Numbered from the stretch's first letter, positions 27,898-37,401 are shown. The stretch: 64,000 nucleotides of DNA from Anaerolineaceae bacterium (GCA_040772305.1 JAXGYK010000002.1:187887-251886); one strand, 5' to 3'. Notes: generated from the sequence alone by a model not told the origin. Numbers and translations are program-made.

Positions 27898-29251
27898 GAG
27901 GCTGTTGAAAAAAAGTAGTTTATTCAGCAGGAACACTATTGATTCCAGTTGTGAAGCGGACCAGGGGTTCATTTTGGTTCTTTTAGCCTAGTTTTATCAG
28001 ATCTTTCAGCTCCTTTTTCACCACTTTTCCTACACTATCGACAATCCTCCCTCACTCAGCCTAACATGTCCCATAACTCGGACTGTTGAATCCCACCCCG
28101 CTGATCAGTTTCACCATACGCTTCAAATTGAGAACGATCGCTGTAAGATATGCCTGAACCCCATACTTCTCCAATCCAATATATCGGCAGCGCCCCAGGC
28201 CATGCTGCAGTTTGGCTTCCCCAAATTTGCGCTCAATCTGATACCGCACCCGTCTCCCCTGCTGGTACTCCTCCGTCCTGATCATTTCCTGCCAGACCTG
28301 TTTGTTGCTGTCTTTCTTTTTCAGGCGATTATCCTTCAGCAAGATCGCTGAATGCAAGCCTTTATACTCCAGATAAAAATGATTGTGCCCATCATCATAG
28401 CCCCGATCGGCAGCATAGGTCTCAACCGGCAATCCCTGCTTCATGTCCATGTCCACCAGGCTGGTAAAGTGTTTCCCATCCCAGGCATTCCCGCCGCTGA
28501 CTTCCAGTCCTGTGATCAAATGGCTCTCCGCGTTCATGCTCACATGCGTTTTATAGCCATAGAAATAATTCATTCTTACTTCCTCTTTCCCTTCCGGCGT
28601 CTGCACTTTTTGACTATGTTTGAACCCCCATTTGGCATCCGGATCCTCAGGGTTATCCGGGTCATCTTTATCTGTATTGACATTAGCTTCACTGTGGACG
28701 CTGTCGATGATCTGGATTGCGCCAAACCGTACGCCTCGTTTGCGGGCCGTTTCAATGATCTCTGCCAGCATCTCTTCGAATACTTTCAGTTTCCCTCTTT
28801 TCCGCAATCGCTCCCGAAACACGCTCAGGGTAGAGTGATCCGGTGCTTTCTGATCGATTGCCAGTCCCACAAACCATTTGGCTGGCAGGTTCTCATTGAG
28901 ATAAACCTCCGTTTGCCGCTCAGAGAGATCATACAGGTAGCTGATCAGCAGGCTTCTCAGCAAGAGTGCCGGGTCATAGGCTGGTCTCCCTGCCAGCCCT
29001 TCTCCCTTATAGAATTTGCTCAGCTTTTTGGTGTAATCTGTCCAGTCAATCAGGGCATTGAGTTTACGTAAAAAGTGGTCTTCGGGTACGATCTGTTCGT
29101 AAAGAAAATCTCCAAAGAAGGAGTGCTGGTCTGTCTGGATGAACCGTGGGTTTGCCATCTGCGTTGTTTACCTTTCCTTTGCAGTATGGATGAATTAGAC
29201 CATCTATCTTTCTTGTTCGAAAGGTTTTTGCACTTGTTTTTCAACGGTCTC
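27898..29251 (-). mobile_element. IS5/IS1182-family insertion sequence (1354 bp) with terminal inverted repeats and 7-bp target duplication
   Basis: Left end GAGGCTGTTGAAAAAAAGTAG versus the reverse complement of the right end GAGACCGTTGAAAAACAAGTGC. Identical AATTATG flanks both ends, at 27891-27897 and 29252-29258. Confidence 0.75.
28061..29158 (-). CDS. IS5/IS1182-family DDE transposase
   Basis: InsH-type N-terminal domain (VPEDHFLRKLNALIDW...GRPAYDPALLLRSLLISYLY) and a DDE C-terminus (AADRGYDD..., ERKFGEAKLQHGLGRCRY..., LNLKRMVKL). Confidence 0.85.
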   Translation of the reverse strand: MANPRFIQTDQHSFFGDFLYEQIVPEDHFLRKLNALIDWTDYTKKLSKFYKGEGLAGRPAYDPALLLRSLLISYLYDLSERQTEVYLNENLPAKWFVGLAIDQKAPDHSTLSVFRERLRKRGKLKVFEEMLAEIIETARKRGVRFGAIQIIDSVHSEANVNTDKDDPDNPEDPDAKWGFKHSQKVQTPEGKEEVRMNYFYGYKTHVSMNAESHLITGLEVSGGNAWDGKHFTSLVDMDMKQGLPVETYAADRGYDDGHNHFYLEYKGLHSAILLKDNRLKKKDSNKQVWQEMIRTEEYQQGRRVRYQIERKFGEAKLQHGLGRCRYIGLEKYGVQAYLTAIVLNLKRMVKLISGVGFNSPSYGTC

Positions 29252-29264
29252 AATTATGTATGCT

Positions 29265-29444
29265 TTACTCTTTTTTTGGTTTAATAAAGCTTCCTCCACC
29301 GGCTCCCAGGGCTAAACCGACTCCAATCCATAAGGCCAGACTATCTGTGGCAATTCCCATGGCTATACCAAAGAGCAAACCTATGGCAAGGCTTAAACCC
29401 ATGTAGCTATCATCTTTCTTGTTTTCATTTTTCGGTTCTTTCAT
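29265..29444 (-). CDS. small hydrophobic protein (59 aa), below the ORF-track cutoff
   Basis: My own translation is MKEPKNENKKDDSYMGLSLAIGLLFGIAMGIATDSLALWIGVGLALGAGGGSFIKPKKE. It has two Gly/Ala-rich helices between charged termini. No homology check was possible. Confidence 0.4.
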   Translation of the reverse strand: MKEPKNENKKDDSYMGLSLAIGLLFGIAMGIATDSLALWIGVGLALGAGGGSFIKPKKE

Positions 29445-29581
29445 CTTGTCACACTCATTCGCTAAAATTTGGGGTGGATAATATAGTTTAACTAGAAAAA
29501 ATTATGCCATAGCTTAGAAGGAACTTCTGACAGTTGAATAAGGTGTGATAAAAGCCATGCTCAGGTCAATATATAGATAAG

Positions 29582-30118
29582 ATGGAAAAAACTGCACGCT
29601 CATTACCTTTCTTCAAGAGTACGACCAGCGAGCTGGATTGGGATCAAATATTCCAAACCAACCTGCCTGCTTTGTACAGGTTTTTCATTTACAGCACGGG
29701 TGACCCAAATACGGCCGAAGAGCTCAGCGCAATCACCTTGGAACGTGCCTGGCGCCTGCGCAAACGCTATCGAAGCGAGCGCGCTGGCCTGAGCACCTGG
29801 CTCTTTGGTATCGCGCGCAAGGTCTTGCTGGAACATTACCGCAGCTTGCGCAAATACAGCCGCGAAGAAGCCTTGGATGAAGGTATCGGGGATCAGTCCC
29901 CTGCGCCGGAAACGGTCGCAGATCTCGAGCAGGAAAAAGCAGCGCTGCGAAAAGGCATCCTTGCTTTGCCGGATCGCGAACGGCAGATCATTGCCTTGTC
30001 TTATGGCAGCGGCTTAAGCCATCGGCAAATCGGACGCATTCTGGGCCTTAGCGAGACGAATGTAGGCACGATTCTGCATCGCAGCCTGGCTCAGCTGCGC
30101 ATAGCTAAGGAGTTATAA
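29582..30118 (+). CDS. ECF-type RNA polymerase sigma-70 factor
   Basis: Region 2 (YRFFIYSTGDPNTAEELSAITLERAW) and region 4 (LPDRERQIIALSYGSGLSHRQIGRILGLSETNVGTILHRS). A GGAACTT motif at 29520-29526 upstream resembles an ECF -35. Confidence 0.85.
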   Translation: MEKTARSLPFFKSTTSELDWDQIFQTNLPALYRFFIYSTGDPNTAEELSAITLERAWRLRKRYRSERAGLSTWLFGIARKVLLEHYRSLRKYSREEALDEGIGDQSPAPETVADLEQEKAALRKGILALPDRERQIIALSYGSGLSHRQIGRILGLSETNVGTILHRSLAQLRIAKEL

Positions 30119-30832
30119 ATGGAAAACAAACTATTAACTGAACTCTATCCTGAGATCAGTCAGGATCAGAAACAGCGAATTAATCACCGCATGCTGCGTC
30201 TGCAATCCCAAGGCGTCCAGCCTAAACCGCAATTTGTCTTCAAGCCGCTGTTGGCTGGCATTCTTCTTGTCTTGGCCTTGGCGGTCACCAGTTTCGCCTT
30301 CATTCCCGGTGTGCGCGCATCCTTTATGCACTACCTGCGCAATATTGCCGGGGTGAATCTGATGGTAGACAATCAGTATCCTGGTGTCGATAACCCCCGC
30401 ATCATCCAGCCGCAAAACCTCAGCCTGCAGCAGGCTCTCGATGCATTTCAGGCAGATTTGGTTCTGCCGGAACAGTTGCCTGGCGGTCAGGTCCTCAATG
30501 CCGGTCTGGTGAATTATTATCCTGCAGGCTCAGGTCTGGAGGAAGGGATCAGTGGGCGTTGGGGCACGATTAACTTTAGTGTTTACCGCCCGATGACCGA
30601 AAACGGAGCTACCCTTGTCGGAACAAACCAGATTGCCCAGATACAGCTGACGGATGATATCCAGGCTGTACAATATCAGGGCGGATGGAATGCTGATACC
30701 AAAACCTGGGATGACAGCGCAATTCTGCGCTATACCATCCAGTGGAAGCAAAACGGTCTCGACTTTCATCTTTGCGGTGCCAACTTGGACCAGCTTCAAG
30801 CGGCCGCTGAATACCTTGCCGGCCTCAATTAG
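30119..30832 (+). CDS. putative anti-sigma factor / single-pass membrane protein cotranscribed with the ECF sigma
   Basis: The ATG immediately follows the sigma stop (TAAATG). One TM helix (LLAGILLVLALAVTSFAFIPGV) and an extracytoplasmic C-terminal domain. No zf-HC2 motif seen. Confidence 0.5.
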   Translation: MENKLLTELYPEISQDQKQRINHRMLRLQSQGVQPKPQFVFKPLLAGILLVLALAVTSFAFIPGVRASFMHYLRNIAGVNLMVDNQYPGVDNPRIIQPQNLSLQQALDAFQADLVLPEQLPGGQVLNAGLVNYYPAGSGLEEGISGRWGTINFSVYRPMTENGATLVGTNQIAQIQLTDDIQAVQYQGGWNADTKTWDDSAILRYTIQWKQNGLDFHLCGANLDQLQAAAEYLAGLN

Positions 30833-30922
30833 CTCTGTCCGATGATAAAAAGCTTCTGAAAAGCCCAGCTTTAATCAAAATGACCTCCCAGTAAACTGCT
30901 CCCCTGAATCAAGACAAAAACG

Positions 30923-30960
30923 AAAACACCTCCTGCTTTATTTTCGCAGGAGGTGTTTTT
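30923..30960. terminator. bidirectional intrinsic terminator
   Basis: AAAACACCTCCTGC - TTTATTTTC - GCAGGAGGTGTTTT, with an A-run on one side and a T-run on the other. It lies between convergent genes. Confidence 0.8.
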
Positions 30961-31027
30961 ATGTCTGAGAAAAAGGGACACTTCACACTGGAAATCTGCT
31001 AGTGGTTCGAGAATCTAGAGGCCTATA

Positions 31028-31864
31028 TCAGCATTGGCTGTTGATCCAATCCAGCATTGTCCCGATTACGCGGTTCTTTTCTGGCTCGTTGTGGGTCTCA
31101 TGGTACAGTCCATCCCAGCGCATGTATTTAATGGGTCCGTTTGCCCGCTGGAAGAAGATATCAGAACCGGCGATAGGGCAAATCTCATCAGCAGTTCCAT
31201 GAGCCAGATACAGCGGAAGCTTCCATTCCGGTGCGTGCTCCTGAACATAGGCGCGGCCTTTAATCAGAAAACTACCCAAACGCACCGAGACGAGATTATG
31301 GACCAGTTTGTCCTTCTGATAAGCAGCTGCAACCGCTGGGTCACGCGAAAGAGCCCATTGTTTAATCCCGTTTGCTACTGCCAGCTGCGGCAGGATTGGA
31401 TTCAGAATGCGTGTCAGGGTCTCCTGTCCTTTGCTGGTTACCGAATCATCTAACGGGGGGCTGGTAGCAATCACCCCGGCCAGTTCTGGTTGATGCTTTA
31501 GTGCATAGTAAAGCACTTCTAAGGCGCCCATGCTATGGCCGTAAAGAAAGAGCGGCATGGCAGGGTTATAAGAAGCAGCCAGGTGAATGGCTTGGCGGAT
31601 ATCTGCCATGAGCTGACGGGTTGAAGGGATGTGACCCCGTTTACCTTTACTTTGTCCATGGCCTCGCTGGTCATAGCCCAGCACAAAAAAGCCGCGTTCG
31701 CTCATGCGTTTGGCCGTATATTCATACCGTCCTATGTGCTCGCCCAGGCCATGCACGATCACAATGACTGCCCTGGCCGTAATCGGCTCTCCCCAAGTGC
31801 GCACAAAGAGGCGTGTGCGGTCGCTGGCTCGAATTTCAAAACGGTCTTTTTGACTTGTTTTCAT
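31028..31864 (-). CDS. alpha/beta hydrolase (monoacylglycerol lipase/lysophospholipase-like)
   Basis: HGLGEH oxyanion region, nucleophile elbow GHSMGA, and candidate Asp (HGTADEI) and His (YHETHNE). Confidence 0.75.
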   Translation of the reverse strand: MKTSQKDRFEIRASDRTRLFVRTWGEPITARAVIVIVHGLGEHIGRYEYTAKRMSERGFFVLGYDQRGHGQSKGKRGHIPSTRQLMADIRQAIHLAASYNPAMPLFLYGHSMGALEVLYYALKHQPELAGVIATSPPLDDSVTSKGQETLTRILNPILPQLAVANGIKQWALSRDPAVAAAYQKDKLVHNLVSVRLGSFLIKGRAYVQEHAPEWKLPLYLAHGTADEICPIAGSDIFFQRANGPIKYMRWDGLYHETHNEPEKNRVIGTMLDWINSQC

Positions 31865-31879
31865 GTCTTACCTCTCTGT

Positions 31880-33766
31880 CTAGGGCGCAAAAATCACGTG
31901 TTGGAGCAAAAACAGTTCAATGCTCCTGTAATAATCGGACACGTTTTCAGCCTTACGAAAACCGTGGCCTTCTCCTTGATAAAGCTTGTAGATATGCGGA
32001 ACCCTGTTGGCGCGCAGTTTCTCAACGATTGCCTCACTTTGGTTGGGCGGAACAACCTTGTCGTCTGCACCCTGAAAGACGGCCAATGCATCGCGGATTT
32101 TGTCCGCGTTGAAGACAGGGGACCAGGCATGATACTTTTGGGCTGCATCCGGCAAACTGCCTACCAGGCTGCTGGTATAGTGGGCTTCGAATTTATGCGT
32201 ATCCATGTCCAAGAGGAACAAGTTGGATACTCCGTAGGAGCAAATGCCGGCTTTAAAAAAGCCAGGATATTGAACAAGGGCATTGAGCACCGCATATCCT
32301 CCTGCGCTGCCACCAATAATGACCAGTTTGTCGGGGTCAGCCAGGCCGCGGTCAGCCATGGCTTTGGCACCTTCCACGGCATCCAAGGTATCAATGTAAC
32401 CCCACTGTCCCTTTAAAGCGTCCCGGTAACTGCGGCCATAGCCGGTGCTGCCGCGATAGTTGGGTACCAGCACAGCGTAACCACGGCTGGTGTAGAACTG
32501 GAAACCCAGGCGGTAGCCAGGAAGCTCCTGGCTGGTTGGTCCGCCGTGGATATGAACCAGCATGGGTGGTGCTCCGGCGGCACAAAAGCGAGGGTTTGTA
32601 GGCGCGTAATAATAACCATGTATGTCCACGCCATCTGAGGATTTCCAGGATACTGCCTGGGCGGGAGCAAGCTCTTCAGAGCTGAAGATCTGGGCATCAC
32701 TGCGCGCTGCGATACGCCAGCTCTGCCCATCCCCAACCAGGATCACGGGGGGAGCATCCGGGGCCTCAGCAATGCAAGCCAGTTCTCCGCTTGGGGAGCA
32801 ACTGAGCTGCCGTAAGACGCTGTAAGCAGAAGTTTGAAGCGTGCTTAGCTCGCCGTTCAAACTAATTTCAACAAGTTTTTGTAATCCATCCTTGGTGATG
32901 ATGACTGCCAAATGTTCTGAATCTGGGAGCCAGACCAGATTGTGCTGCCCAGGTACCCAAGCAGGTGGGAGGAGGACCTGTCCTTCTAATAGTCTTTCTT
33001 GTGTGCCGCTTTCCAGATCCATGACCACGATTTCATCAAATTCGGTCCGATTGGCCAACCACGCCAGGTAGCGCCCATTGGGAGAAAAAACCGGCTGACT
33101 CACGGCAATAACCTGGCTTCCGTCTATTTGGCGCTGGTTGGTGAGGACCAGGTTTTCAGAATCAAAATCAGCCAGAATGAGGCGGCTCCCATCCCAAGGC
33201 ATATTAGGGTGGTCCCATTCCATCCAGGCAATTTTTTTGCCGCCAGGGTGCCATGTCGGTTGAAAGTAAAAATCTGCACCCTGAGCCAGAATTTTAGGCC
33301 AGGTACTGCCATCGGCCTTTGTTCCTGCCAGAACGTCTTTTCCTTCATAGTGGTGGAGGAAGAGCAAATATTCGCCGTCAGGGCTAGGGGTTGGCGAGGC
33401 TGTTGCTCCAAACTCAGGCGTTACCGGCTTGGGTAAACCGCTCTTGAATTTTTTGGAATAGATGCGCCCATTTGCTTCCGAAAAGAATACACCAGATTCG
33501 CTTAGGCCTATTTCACCTCCGCCATAGCTGATTCCGCCGCGGGGCTTAAACCCGGAAGAGATCTGCGTGGGAGCCTCGGTACCCTGCTGTATGTAAATGG
33601 ATGGCACTCCGTTCTGACTTTGCAGCCAGACCAAGTAATTCCCATCTGGAGAGAAAAGGACATCATCCAGGCGGATGCCACTGCCGATAAGTTCGGGGGA
33701 AATTGGGGAAGGCCAGAGGCCGAAGGGTTTATTCTCTTTTTGCATTATCACCTCAGGGTTAATCAT
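31880..33766 (-). CDS. S9-family serine peptidase (prolyl oligopeptidase/acylaminoacyl-peptidase-like)
   Basis: N-terminal beta-propeller region and a C-terminal catalytic domain with GGSAGGY, GADDKVV and GEGHGF. Confidence 0.85.
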   Translation of the reverse strand: MINPEVIMQKENKPFGLWPSPISPELIGSGIRLDDVLFSPDGNYLVWLQSQNGVPSIYIQQGTEAPTQISSGFKPRGGISYGGGEIGLSESGVFFSEANGRIYSKKFKSGLPKPVTPEFGATASPTPSPDGEYLLFLHHYEGKDVLAGTKADGSTWPKILAQGADFYFQPTWHPGGKKIAWMEWDHPNMPWDGSRLILADFDSENLVLTNQRQIDGSQVIAVSQPVFSPNGRYLAWLANRTEFDEIVVMDLESGTQERLLEGQVLLPPAWVPGQHNLVWLPDSEHLAVIITKDGLQKLVEISLNGELSTLQTSAYSVLRQLSCSPSGELACIAEAPDAPPVILVGDGQSWRIAARSDAQIFSSEELAPAQAVSWKSSDGVDIHGYYYAPTNPRFCAAGAPPMLVHIHGGPTSQELPGYRLGFQFYTSRGYAVLVPNYRGSTGYGRSYRDALKGQWGYIDTLDAVEGAKAMADRGLADPDKLVIIGGSAGGYAVLNALVQYPGFFKAGICSYGVSNLFLLDMDTHKFEAHYTSSLVGSLPDAAQKYHAWSPVFNADKIRDALAVFQGADDKVVPPNQSEAIVEKLRANRVPHIYKLYQGEGHGFRKAENVSDYYRSIELFLLQHVIFAP

Positions 33767-33807
33767 ATCATTTCGATTAATATATTTCCTGAAGAACTCC
33801 TCATAAG

Positions 33808-35294
33808 TATGCGTTTCAAAAGAGCGTAGTCAAGGAAAAAAAGAGGAAGTTCCAATACAATTAGTTTTTGCTGAAAAAACAAAGCGAAAGGAACTTCCAA
33901 TGACTATGAGAGTCACCATGAGTATACACGTACAAAGGGAAAATGGTGAGGGTAAGGTTCTTCAAATAACAGTACGGTCAGAACATATTGAAGAAGACCT
34001 CAGGGAGATCGTAAACCAAACGACCCAGGCGGTTGCCGAAGCGGCCTTCTCAGATTTCGAAAAGGGGATGAAAGCCAGTCAGTATCCGGAAGGGGTCAGT
34101 ATCCGCACCCAAGAACGTTGTTACCAATTCCAAAGGTTCAGCATCAGATACCGAAGGCGAAGCTATCGTTTGCCGGATGGCAGGGTCTGGACTCCTCTGG
34201 ATGAATTGCTTGGTTTCGTCCCTTATCAACGGCGCACGCAAAAAGCAGAAGAACAGATCAGTGCTCTGGCAGCCAGTCTCAGTTATCGTGACACAGCTGA
34301 GGTAAACGGGTATGTCAGTCATCAAAGCATCAGTCCCTCAACTGTGGGTCGGGTGGTACGCAGAATTGGTCAGAGCTTATCTGCGCAGGAACAGAGCTGT
34401 CAGGCAGAACAACCTGGTCAGATCAAAGCACCGCGATTGTATTGTGAAGCCGACGGGGTTTGGGTAGCCTTGCAAAAGGAGAAACAGCGCAAGATGGAAG
34501 TCAGGGCGGCGATCGCATATACAGGGAAACAATACATCTCCGGAAGCAGAAAAAGGCTGAAGGACAAAGTCTGCATCACTTCCATCGGCTTGCCAGCTCA
34601 GAAGTGGCAGGAAATGATCAGGGAGAGGCTCTACGCCCGCTACGATCTGCAGAGCACAAAGACGCTGGTGATTGGCGGAGATGGCAGTCCCTGGGTGGGC
34701 ACTAGTTTCGATCTGCTGGGAATCAATAATTCGATCAGGGTTCTGGACCCCTATCATGTGAAACGCGCTATCTCCTCAGCTTTTGGGACAAGTCTGCCTG
34801 TCAAAGAGGTGGTCCAAAAGCTCTATTCACAAGGCTTTCTTTCTATCGAAAAGTCCTTGTTGAAGGCCTGTGTCGGGCTTCCTGATGCAAAGGCTAAAGC
34901 CAGATTAGATTGTTTGCAATACTTGCGCAACCATGCTGATGAAATCCTTCAAGGCTTTTCCCTTGGTGCCATTGAATCGAATGTTGGCAAATTGGTCGCC
35001 CAAAGAATGAAGACCCGCGGTGTCAGTTGGAGCCTTGACGGCGCCAGAGCTATGTTGGCAATTCTGGAACATAAAAAGGAACTCTTCTCAAATAGTTTCA
35101 GTTCCACACTTCAAAGGCCATGCAAGCAAACTCTAAAAAAACAAGGACAAAGCCATATCGCGGCACAGTACATTCCGCCAGTTTTCCAATTCTGAAATCC
35201 GGTAAGTTGTCTGCTCCTTATGCCTCTTTATTCAAGGCTATAATCAATGATGACCTTCCTCTTTCTTCCTAAATCACGCACTTTTGAAACAGAT
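33808..35294 (+). mobile_element. ISLre2/UPF0236-like insertion sequence (1487 bp) with ~40-bp imperfect IRs and a perfect 12-bp target duplication
   Basis: Left end TATGCGTTTCAAAAGAGCGTAGTCAAGGAAAAAAAGAGGAAG versus the reverse complement of the right end ATCTGTTTCAAAAGTGCGTGATTTAGGAAGAAAGAGGAAG. ACTCCTCATAAG lies at 33796-33807 and 35295-35306. Confidence 0.85.
33900..35195 (+). CDS. ISLre2/UPF0236-family transposase
   Basis: 431-aa single ORF filling the IS. The segments LYCEADGVWVALQ..., VIGGDGSPWV and LDPYHVKRAI are as I remember them for this family. The family assignment is from memory only. Confidence 0.55.
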   Translation: MTMRVTMSIHVQRENGEGKVLQITVRSEHIEEDLREIVNQTTQAVAEAAFSDFEKGMKASQYPEGVSIRTQERCYQFQRFSIRYRRRSYRLPDGRVWTPLDELLGFVPYQRRTQKAEEQISALAASLSYRDTAEVNGYVSHQSISPSTVGRVVRRIGQSLSAQEQSCQAEQPGQIKAPRLYCEADGVWVALQKEKQRKMEVRAAIAYTGKQYISGSRKRLKDKVCITSIGLPAQKWQEMIRERLYARYDLQSTKTLVIGGDGSPWVGTSFDLLGINNSIRVLDPYHVKRAISSAFGTSLPVKEVVQKLYSQGFLSIEKSLLKACVGLPDAKAKARLDCLQYLRNHADEILQGFSLGAIESNVGKLVAQRMKTRGVSWSLDGARAMLAILEHKKELFSNSFSSTLQRPCKQTLKKQGQSHIAAQYIPPVFQF

Positions 35295-35798
35295 ACTCCT
35301 CATAAGCCTTTGTACCTTCCATCTACTTCGAAACAGAATAGACGCTCATTGTTTTAAACACTTTTCAGCGAATTAGTTGTATTAGGCCGGAAATCCAAGC
35401 GAGTGTCAGGCACAGTCATTAACGTCAGTCCAAACTCCCGGGAAAGAAAAATAGTATTGAGGTATTGAGAACAGGCTTATTGTTTGCCGCAGCAGTAGAA
35501 AAAGATGAAGTGCCCTCGATTTACTCCGAAGATATTGTGAATATTGATATTAATAATGGATAGGATTACGATAAGGGCAAGCACGTGAAAACAGTCCCCC
35601 TGAACGACAAATGACTTTTTGCAGTTATGAAAGAATCCAGAGCAGAAAACATCGGTGAGGTACTAAAATAGTCTAATATTGACGGCCTGAATTTAGCCCG
35701 ATAATTCCAAGGGATTGTTTGCGGTACATAGGCAAAAAATTCGAGAGAGAAGTAAAGACCTTTTCTCCTTTAGGAAAACAACCATACGAGGTGTTCAA

Positions 35799-37037
35799 AT
35801 GAAGCAGATAATAAGAGTTGTCCTGATATTCGTACTCATAACGCTTAGCGCTTGTTCGAATACGCCGCAGACGGATTCGGCACCAAGCGCAGAAACTGCC
35901 CCGGTAAGCGATCCCACGTCCGCCCCAGCCAGCTCTCCCACATCTGCTCCGGTAGAGGAGCCGGCTGCCCCGGAAGGTATGGTTAGTGATGCGTTTATGG
36001 CGGAGGGGTTGAGCCGGATAAATGCAGACCCTGGTGCATTCGGTGCGTTTTTTGCGGAATATAGGGAGCAGAACCATCTGGGAATTCTGGCGCCTGAGGA
36101 TTTTGAAATATTCCAGATGGGACAGCTCCTTGACCTGGCACTTCCTGCCAATGCGCAGCCAGCAGGCGCGGATAAGGTTTTAATCGTTTACAAGCAGCTT
36201 GGCGATGATGCTTCCATAACCGCGCAGTCTGGTATTCTGCTGGATCTTATGGCGCAGCTTGCTGAGGAACAGATTCCCGATAGCCTGCTCAGCTATGACA
36301 AGCTCATCGAAGTAACTGCCAATCCCCGTCTGCTTTCAACCACGGATAAGGGCTTGCGCCTTATTCAATGGGCGATTGAAGTTTCCTGCCGGTATATCGA
36401 TACCGGCGATAGGGTATCCGGAATTATCGAGGGAAGCCAACCCGAGGACCTCGCTTCGGTCCTTGAGGACGCTAAATATGCAGCTGGAAGTTTTCCGATT
36501 GCGGAGGCTGTGAACCGTGCTTTGGAACTGATCAGAGGTGAAGTGGAAATGACCCTGAGCAGCAGCGGCATTATTGAAGGGGAAATCCTGCCGCAATACG
36601 GAATATTCGGCGAACAGATGAAGGACGGAATTCCATCGCTCTCACTTCCCCTGCGGGTAGGTTTTGCACCAGCTGGTACCTTGTCCTTTGCTATCCGGAT
36701 GGTCGACCCTGATTCTATGCCCATCGCTGGATACGAATGGGTACACTGGATGGCCGTGAATCTTGAAAACCTTGATCTTCCTGAAAACGCCAGTACCGAA
36801 TGGGCGGAGCAAATGATACAGGGAAGAAATGATTTTGGAACTGTTGGCTATGGGGGGCCAACCCCGCCGGATAAGCCGCATACTTATCTCATTACGGTTT
36901 ATGCGCTGGATGCTATGCTCGACCTGCAAAATGGATTTACGAAAAAGGCCTTTGATGCCGCTCTTGAGGGGCATATTCTTGCTGAGGCAAGCATAACGGG
37001 CGTCTATCCGAATACGATTGATGGCTTCAGTAATTAA
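35799..37037 (+). CDS. lipoprotein with unknown N-terminal domain and C-terminal YbhB/YbcL (PEBP-like) domain
   Basis: Lipoprotein signal MKQIIRVVLIFVLITLSAC, an Ala/Pro/Ser linker, and the PEBP signature GYGGPTPPDKPHTYLITVYALD. Start chosen at 35799 (the ORF opens at 35715). Confidence 0.75.
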   Translation: MKQIIRVVLIFVLITLSACSNTPQTDSAPSAETAPVSDPTSAPASSPTSAPVEEPAAPEGMVSDAFMAEGLSRINADPGAFGAFFAEYREQNHLGILAPEDFEIFQMGQLLDLALPANAQPAGADKVLIVYKQLGDDASITAQSGILLDLMAQLAEEQIPDSLLSYDKLIEVTANPRLLSTTDKGLRLIQWAIEVSCRYIDTGDRVSGIIEGSQPEDLASVLEDAKYAAGSFPIAEAVNRALELIRGEVEMTLSSSGIIEGEILPQYGIFGEQMKDGIPSLSLPLRVGFAPAGTLSFAIRMVDPDSMPIAGYEWVHWMAVNLENLDLPENASTEWAEQMIQGRNDFGTVGYGGPTPPDKPHTYLITVYALDAMLDLQNGFTKKAFDAALEGHILAEASITGVYPNTIDGFSN

Positions 37038-37329
37038 AGGCAAGCGGTTCGTCGCTTCATATTTCCGGTCGGAAATAGAGCTGAGAAATGCACCTTTAAT
37101 TCGAGAAGTTAGACACCCGCAAATCGTTGGGCAAATAGGTTTCGTGGGGTTTGGCAGAGAAGCTGGGAGATTCAAACCCGCGTGCCAGTTGCCCAACAAA
37201 CGAATACTGAATGGGGTGCTTCGTGTTGATGAAAATTCTGAAAGACAGCTGAACTTAGCCATCAGCTTGATTCAACGAGGAAAATTGCCGTTGACGAGTT
37301 AAACTGAGCGTGCTAAAATAGGCCGTCGC

Positions 37330-37401
37330 GGGCGCGTAGCTCAATGGTAGAGCAGTGGCCTTTTAAGCCATTGGTTCAGAGTTCGATCCTCTGCGCGCTC
37401 A
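37330..37401 (+). tRNA. tRNA-Lys (anticodon UUU)
   Basis: Acceptor GGGCGCG/CGCGCTC (G2:U71 wobble), D arm GCTC/GAGC, anticodon stem GTGGC/GCCAT with loop CTTTTAA, and T arm CAGAG-TTCGATC-CTCTG. Confidence 0.85.

Noticed and set aside
28352-29071. 239-aa plus-strand ORF inside the IS
   Set aside because: It is antisense to the DDE transposase, which has clear family motifs. The antisense ORF has no SD or motifs of its own.
31631-32416. 261-aa plus-strand ORF
   Set aside because: It spans the junction of two convincing minus-strand genes (alpha/beta hydrolase and S9 peptidase). It is an antisense shadow ORF.
36642-37262. 206-aa minus-strand ORF
   Set aside because: It overlaps the PEBP-domain region of the plus-strand lipoprotein gene, which carries the family signature. 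The minus-strand ORF has no supporting features.
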